Shown here: in pieces, positions 58,223-64,000 of the stretch
Layout: the number at the start of each line of letters is the position of its first letter
How positions within the stretch are numbered: position 1 is the first letter of the stretch
From: Podarcis vaucheri
Taxonomy: Eukaryota
Strand: one strand, 5' to 3'
Assembly (NCBI GenBank): GCA_965113315.1
Contig: OZ220363.1
Length of the DNA: 64,000 bases
Position numbers and translations under genes: made by a program
The notes under the pieces: generated by a model
Told to the model about the DNA's origin: nothing
Database searches by the model: none
Seen by the model: only the letters and a program-made list of their open reading frames with translations

Positions 58223-58922
58223 TTTTTTTTAAAAAATAATTTTTATTTGATTTTACAAGTGTAAAGGTAAAGGGTAAAGGGACCCCTGACTGTTAAGTCC
58301 AGTCGCGAATGACTCTGGGGTTGCAGCGCTCATCTCGGTTTATTGGCCAAGGGAGCCGGCATACAGCTTCCGGGTCATGTGGCCAGCATGACTAAGCCGC
58401 TTCTGGCGGACCAGAGCAGCGCACAGAAACACTGTTTACCTTCCCACCTTCTACTTGCACTTTGACGTGCTTTCGAACTGCTAGGTTGGCAGGAGCAGGG
58501 ACTGAGCAACAGGAGCTCACCCCGTCGCGGGGATTCGAACCGCCAACCTTCTGATCAGCAAGCCCTAGGCTCTGTTTAACCCACAGCGCCACCCGCATCC
58601 CTTTACAAGTGTAGAATTATAACAATACAAAATACGTATGCATATTTAGAGATTTTTCCAAATCTTCCCACCTTCCCCTCCTTGGGTCCTGTTATCAGCC
58701 TTTTCAACTGCATATTATTTCATCGTCCAAATTTTATGTCTCTCCATTTTGTCCATAATATTTTCAACATTACAAGTGTTATTGCAATCCTGCTAAAGTT
58801 TTCATCTGCTTACAGTGGTCTCTCAAGTAAATTACATTTTTTTCCCTCATTCTTTATTAAAGTTTTGGTCCTCTTGGTCCTGAGCTTTCTGGTCAGTTTT
58901 GCCATTTTGGCATAATCCAACA
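58223..58922 (-). mobile_element. 5'-truncated L1-like LINE (ORF2 C-terminus, 3'UTR, poly-A) with a nested SINE
   Basis: T-rich tail at 58223; minus strand encodes LDYAKMAKLT..HCKQMKTLAGLQ*; 16-bp TSD gcagaaaatatttcaa at 58207-58222 and 58923-58938. Confidence 0.75.
58264..58601 (-). mobile_element. Sauria SINE (Squam1)
   Basis: Reverse tail aaggtaaagg, B box ggattcgaacc, TSD tttacaagtgta at 58252-58263 and 58602-58613. Confidence 0.92.
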
Positions 58923-59195
58923 GCAGAAAATATTTCAAATGGATGTTCATCCAATCTAAATCTGCCTGTACCTTGCCTTACAGGTCATATTAAAAAATAA
59001 GCATATTCTTTTGCAGATGGAACAATGCTGCACTGCTTAAGCAAATGGTGGCCAGTGTTGATTTCCATTTGGGCCAAGAATACACAACTGCTAACATTCC
59101 CTGCACTCTTTTTCTTTCTCAATTATACAATCCTTGATGTTTATGAAGCAGGTGTAAGGTAATGTTCTCTAATATAAATGTAATGTATGTTACAG

Positions 59196-59288
59196 TTGTC
59201 CAGGTCCCAGGAAAGCCAGAACCACCTGCACGGAAACCACCAGAGATTTCAGCAAAGAAAGTAGAGAAGAAAGTTGTGGTAGAAAAAG
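59196..59288 (+). CDS. TTN: Titin PEVK exon (VVQVPGKPEPPARKPPEISAKKVEKKVVVEK)
   Basis: 93 nt, AG/GTATG. Confidence 0.85.
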
Positions 59289-59479
59289 GTATGGCCTTTA
59301 GAATTTTAGTATCAAAACATTTCCCACTGCAGCAAGCCCTATTCAGATTCTCACAGTCCTATTTTCTTTCCTTTCCTTTCTTTTTAAAAGAGTGCATATT
59401 CCCATTATATTCTTAAGATAACTTCTGTGTAAAATGAACCAATTTCCAGCTAATGTGAAATTATTTAAATTCCCTGTAG

Positions 59480-59557
59480 TTACACGGAAACCTGTAACCG
59501 AAGAGGTGGAAAGAAAGGCTAAAGTGATGGAGGAAGAACATCTCAAACGGGCCAGAG
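59480..59557 (+). CDS. TTN: Titin PEVK exon (VTRKPVTEEVERKAKVMEEEHLKRAR)
   Basis: 78 nt, AG/GT. Confidence 0.8.
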
Positions 59558-60162
59558 GTATTACTGAAGATGATATAAATTGCATGTGCTATTAATACAT
59601 TTGCATCAATTTCATATCCATGAAATACATGAAAGTGCCTTAACAGGTCAGCCTGTTTTGTTCATCTGATCCAGTGTACTGTTTCCTCTGGCTGGCACTG
59701 GTCTCCATGGCAGATGCCTTTCGTGTTATCTGCACCCTGTCCCTTTTAACTGGAGAGGCCAGGGACTTCACCTTGGACCTCCTTCTGGCAAACTAGGTGC
59801 CCAGCTACTAGCAGAGGGAAGGAAGTAGTGATGGGGGAGCAAATGGAGATGAGTTGTCCATTAAAAGCAAGAGGTTATAGTTAAGAGTGCTGGGGTTTTC
59901 CCCAACCCCCTGGAGCAGATTTGGGGGAGGAACATGGGAAAGCATGATGAGACAAGGAGACTTCTGCTATGCATATTGAAGTCCTTGCACGAACAGAATG
60001 ACTTATTTGGATACAACCCTTTGCTATGTATTGATTAGGTCTTTTGTAAATTGTATCCCACGAGTGATGCAAAAATGCAAGCGCATATGCAGTGTGAGCC
60101 TACATTTTCTGCATGTAATCTTAGCCTAGAAGGCTTGGGACTAACTATTTATATCCTTTAAG

Positions 60163-60228
60163 CTCCAGAAGCTCCACCACCAAAACCTGCACGAAAGGTG
60201 GTCCATGAAGAAGTGGTAGAGAGAAAAG
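60163..60228 (+). CDS. TTN: Titin PEVK exon (APEAPPPKPARKVVHEEVVERK)
   Basis: 66 nt, branch point gactaac at 60139, AG/GT. Confidence 0.85.
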
Positions 60229-61146
60229 GTACAAAACACATTTTTATTTTTTCGGCATTTATATGTAATCCCTGATCCAAATATTTCCATAATGTATGCA
60301 TGCATTCCCACATGTTCACTCTGTGCTGACCTGCAGTGATTGCTGGTTTTTATTAACCCATTGTGTTGTTCCCACTTCACAGTCACACATGGCATTCTCT
60401 TTCTCTATGCAGGAATGGTGACCATGCCTTGAGAAATCCCCAGATCCCCATACGCTTACCACAATTCTGTTTTTCTGCTTCCCATATCACAACACTCCAA
60501 AACACACCAACTCCCAAAGCATGCTAGTGCCTCTTTTGTTTCTCCTTAAGGCTCCTTAAAGCCATCTGTTTTGACTCCGGTCCTGTTGTTGTCCTTGATC
60601 TGAGTTTGCTATTAGAGGAAGGAATGGCAGTTCTCATCACTATAGGGTGTGTGTGCTTTAAATGAACGTGGGGGAACAGGGTTCTCTTAAGTCCTGTGGG
60701 GTTTCCACAACACCTAGGCACCGAGTCTATATTGGTGCAGAATTCTTGCTTTTTGGTTTCTTTCTTTAATATCTTCTACATTCATCTAATCTACCATTTA
60801 ATACAACCTCTCCTATATACTCACCAAAGTATGTGTCCACTCTCTTGTTCTTCTTATGTCTGCTTTTCTTTGGAAACGGGGCTTTTGTACATTCTCTTTG
60901 CACACAAAAATGGTTTGGACTGCTTGAAAATGCTTTTTATGCTTTATGGTCTCAATTGTTACCTGTTTATGATTTTTGTTTCTCTTTATTGCTGTGGCAC
61001 CTCCACCCTAATGGTGTAATTTTGAGCTGTGGTGCTGAGTTCACTAAATGTAGTATGTGGTGTTATGCGACTTCCGTAAGGATAGATTCATTGTCTACCA
61101 AATCTTTAATTTAAAAAACACTAAAGTGAATTCTTGCTTTTTAAAG

Positions 61147-61230
61147 TACCAACAGAACAACAATGGACCATTTCAGAAGAAAAGGTGTCTGTTTCGTATC
61201 ACAGAGAAGAAGAATATACATACGGTTCAG
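61147..61230 (+). CDS. TTN: Titin PEVK exon (VPTEQQWTISEEKVSVSYHREEEYTYGS)
   Basis: 84 nt, tttaaag / GTAAC. Confidence 0.82.
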
Positions 61231-61624
61231 GTAACTATAAATATCTTTCCTCACTTCTTTTTTCTCCTTGCTGTCTTGTCTTGTGTGAAAATGGCGCCTT
61301 TTAAATTTGTCCCGATAAAATGGTATCTTTTGGATGTGGGACCTCTCTGCATTCTCCTACTCTCCTACTCAGAATTCTTACATTCTTTTTTACTTGATGA
61401 TAGAGTAACAAGTGAGGATCTGCTCCCTATACTGAACTGCATGGGGCAATACTCATGCCCAAGAGTTTTGTGAGCACATGGGAGTGCAAAGATTGCTTAG
61501 GATTGATGGAATAGACAATGTCTGTTTGCTGTTGCATTTCTTAGTTGTCATTTTGTGTACCAATCCAGTATTATCTAAAACAGAGTGAAAGTACAGTTTT
61601 TACATCTTACAATTTTCTTTAAAG

Positions 61625-61675
61625 AACCAGAAGAGTATGAAGAAGACAGCTTCTATGTGGAATATCCAGCTGAAG
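61625..61675 (+). CDS. TTN: Titin PEVK exon (EPEEYEEDSFYVEYPAE)
   Basis: 51 nt, tttaaag / GTAGA. Confidence 0.8.
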
Positions 61676-62101
61676 GTAGATTCACTCTTTTTCCAAATCA
61701 GTTTTATCTTGTTTTGTACTATGCGAGTTCATCTAAACTGTTAACTGTTGAAATGTGTAGCTGTCATTGTATACCGTCTTTGATACTTCCCTGGTTTGGG
61801 CATGTCTTTATCACTATTCAGATAACGGATACACATGTTGGGTGGTGGGACTTAAGATCATGCCCGGAATTGTTGCTCCCAGATTTGCAAGCACTGTGGA
61901 GAAAGAGCCTAAGCACATACAATTTCTACACACCTAGACGCCATACGAAAGATCAGATGGACACTTAGAGGTGTGGATAGCAGCAGCAATTTTTTCTTCC
62001 ACCAATTCATCCATCATCTTAATAGGTCTACATGTAGCATTTCAGTATTATCTAAATTGGAGGGTAAATGTAACTTTTTAATCTCGCAATTCTCTTTAAA
62101 G

Positions 62102-62164
62102 AACCAGATGAGTACGATGAGGAAAGGTTCTATGTGGAAGCACCTGAAGTTCCACCTCCCAAAG
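62102..62164 (+). CDS. TTN: Titin PEVK exon (EPDEYDEERFYVEAPEVPPPK)
   Basis: 63 nt, tttaaag / GTAGA. Confidence 0.83.
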
Positions 62165-62232
62165 GTAGATAATATTATTATTATTAATATTATTATTACT
62201 ACTACAATTTTAGTATGTGAGTTTATTTAAAC

Positions 62233-62352
62233 CAGGGTTTCCCAAACTTAGGTCTCCAGCTGTTTTTGGACTATAATTCCCATCAACCATGACCACTGGT
62301 CCTGCTAGCTAGGGATTATGACAGCTGGAGACCCAAGTTTTGGGAAACCCTG
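62233..62352. mobile_element. hAT-type MITE
   Basis: TIR cagggtttcccaaa / tttgggaaaccctg, imperfect 8-bp TSD atttaaac / gtttaatc. Confidence 0.8.
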
Positions 62353-62534
62353 GTTTAATCTCTTATCCATTAAGAACTTGATATCTGCAGTTATTTTATA
62401 TTTTGTTGATCAGATTTGGGTGCTTATGTATGTTTACATGTGTCACAAAAGCCCATAAGGTTTTAAAAATATAATGTGAGGGTGGCTCTGACGACCACTA
62501 TCATCTGATTAACCCAAAATCAATATCTTTAAAG

Positions 62535-62600
62535 TTCCTGAGGTGAGGAAGAGAGCAGAAGAAAAAGTTCCCAAGGAAGTGGAGGCCCCACCGGCTAAAG
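62535..62600 (+). CDS. TTN: Titin PEVK PPAK exon (VPEVRKRAEEKVPKEVEAPPAK)
   Basis: 66 nt, tttaaag / GTGAA. Confidence 0.88.
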
Positions 62601-62908
62601 GTGAATAATATATGTGCAATAATAACAAAATCTCAGACAGGTCTCTTGCCTGTGTATCTTCTAGATGATTGATAAACACACAGCCAAAAATGTGGCTCTG
62701 CTACTGCATCAGAAAGACACCTTTACAACTAAGATCCTACATGTTAAACGTTATATACTGAAGTTTAATCTTCAGCAGCCATAACTGTCTTTGTTAAATA
62801 GATACATGGTTTTAAATCCACGCTGGCATTTCAAGCATTTTCTTCACTGCTATGAACTGTAGGCCTGTAGCACTTCCCTAAACCTTTTATACCTGTGTGT
62901 CTTTAAAG

Positions 62909-62989
62909 TGCCTGAGGTGCCAAAGAAACCAGTCCCAGAAAAGAAAAAACCTGCTCCTCCTCCAAAAGTAGAGGCTCCGCCAGCTAAAG
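62909..62989 (+). CDS. TTN: Titin PEVK PPAK exon (VPEVPKKPVPEKKKPAPPPKVEAPPAK)
   Basis: 81 nt, canonical PPAK repeat. Confidence 0.92.
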
Positions 62990-63269
62990 GTACATCCATT
63001 GTCAGAGATGATCCCCACCATCTTGCTTATCTGAACTCTTCTCCACGCTCTAAAATGTGTCCATCCATGTGTTACTTAAGTGGCTTTGTGGACTTTTTCT
63101 GCAAGCAAAGTGTGTATAATATACCTGTACTTTAGTGATGGCCCAATATTCATTTGCTAAATTTTGCTTTGTAATGTAATGGATGCTTACTCCTTCCTGG
63201 GTGGGTGCCTGTTGTGGTCCCTCATGCTCAGTTGCCATCCCTGGGCAGTGAGAACAGAGCGCACACGGC

Positions 63270-63460
63270 CAGGCAGCCATTGGGGTAATCCCCCCCTAGC
63301 TGTCTGGGCATCTGGCTTGTGTTCCCGCCGGCTGCTGCATTTCAAATTGGCCAATCAGTGGCCTCTCCCGGCTGAGAGGGCATTGGCTGCACACATGCCC
63401 TTGCAACTGATGAGGTATAAAAGCCAGCAGTGTTTTCCAGCCCCAGCGCATTTGCCAGAT
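63270..63460 (+). promoter_or_regulatory. CCAAT/TATA core-promoter-like cluster in a PEVK intron
   Basis: ggccaatcag 63349-63358, additional ATTGG boxes, E-boxes, TATAAAA 63416-63422. Confidence 0.35.
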
Positions 63461-63625
63461 TTCGCTTTGTTAACGTAGTATCTTCTGCATGGCATGATAA
63501 CTGTTCGCTTTGCATGCCGCGTATAGAAGGCACTCATACAGACACACAATTTTGTGGATCAAAATGGGATGTATGCCCAGTGCGGCTTTTTTCATGACAG
63601 ATTACCCTTACCTGTTAACAGATTT

Positions 63626-63958
63626 GGGACGTGGGTGGCACTGTGGTCTAAACCACTGAGCCTAGGGCTTGCCGATCAGAAGGTCAGTGGTTCGAATCCT
63701 CGTAACGGGGTGAGCTCCCGCTGCTTGGTCCCAGCTCCTGCCAACCTAGCAGTTCTAAAGCACACCAGTGCAAGTAGATAAATAGGTACTGCTCCGGCGG
63801 GAAGGTAAATAGCATTTCCGTGCGCTGCCCTGGTTCGCCACATGACCCGGAAGCTGTCTGTGGACAAATGCCGGCTCCCCTCGGCCTACAGAGCGAGTTG
63901 AGCGCGCAACCCCAGAGTCGTCCACGACTGAACCTAACGGTCAGGGGTACATTTACCT
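63626..63958 (+). mobile_element. Sauria SINE (Squam1)
   Basis: Head gggacgtgggtggcactgtgg, B box ggttcgaatcc, acatttacct tail, degenerate TSD tgttaacagattt / tattaacagcttt. Confidence 0.9.
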
Positions 63959-64000
63959 CTTTATTAACAGCTTTTGCTTGACGCCTTGATATGCCATTTA

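Larger units (their letters stand above)
1..64000 (+). other. TTN: Titin gene, internal segment (novex-3 to early PEVK)
   Basis: Colinear order of novex-3 terminal exon, N2B, tandem I-set Ig exons, N2A ([27 protein letters not shown]) and PEVK exons, all with GT-AG introns. Confidence 0.99.

Noticed and set aside
60545-60610. Possible extra PEVK exon after ccttaag/ccttaaag
   Set aside because: The downstream sequence is not PEVK-like and has no convincing in-frame donor
63407-63430. CTGATGAG-stem as a hammerhead ribozyme
   Set aside because: No GAAA follows the putative stem II and there is no stem III or cleavage triplet

Overview
This is eukaryotic genomic DNA from a squamate reptile. Sauria/Squam1, Squam2-like and Squam3-like SINEs with a CTT tail suggest a lacertid lizard. 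The whole window lies inside the titin (TTN) gene on the + strand. In order it holds: the 3' part of the alternative terminal novex-3 exon (stop at 3194-3196, then its 3'UTR); the cardiac N2B exon (9516-13376); 52 middle-I-band Ig exons (I27-I79), including three 6-exon and three 10-exon super-repeats; the N2A element (I80-UN2A-I81-I83); and the first PEVK exons. All exons were delimited by hand from AG/GT boundaries and keep frame. Exon and Ig numbers are human-equivalent, obtained by counting from N2B. Most ORF-track entries are exons with intron read-through or antisense shadows. The most notable observations are: (1) a hidden ~74-aa (222-nt) tandem periodicity of about 9 units in an enlarged, Cys-rich N2B 'unique' sequence; (2) a duplicated ~90-aa beta-patterned module between the novex-3 Ig domains; (3) a phospho-motif minisatellite in novex-3; (4) two GC-rich intronic promoter/enhancer-like clusters; (5) a decayed hammerhead ribozyme in a Penelope-like element; and (6) several unusual insertion/duplication events. 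No prokaryote-type system (CRISPR, operon, rRNA or true tRNA) is present.
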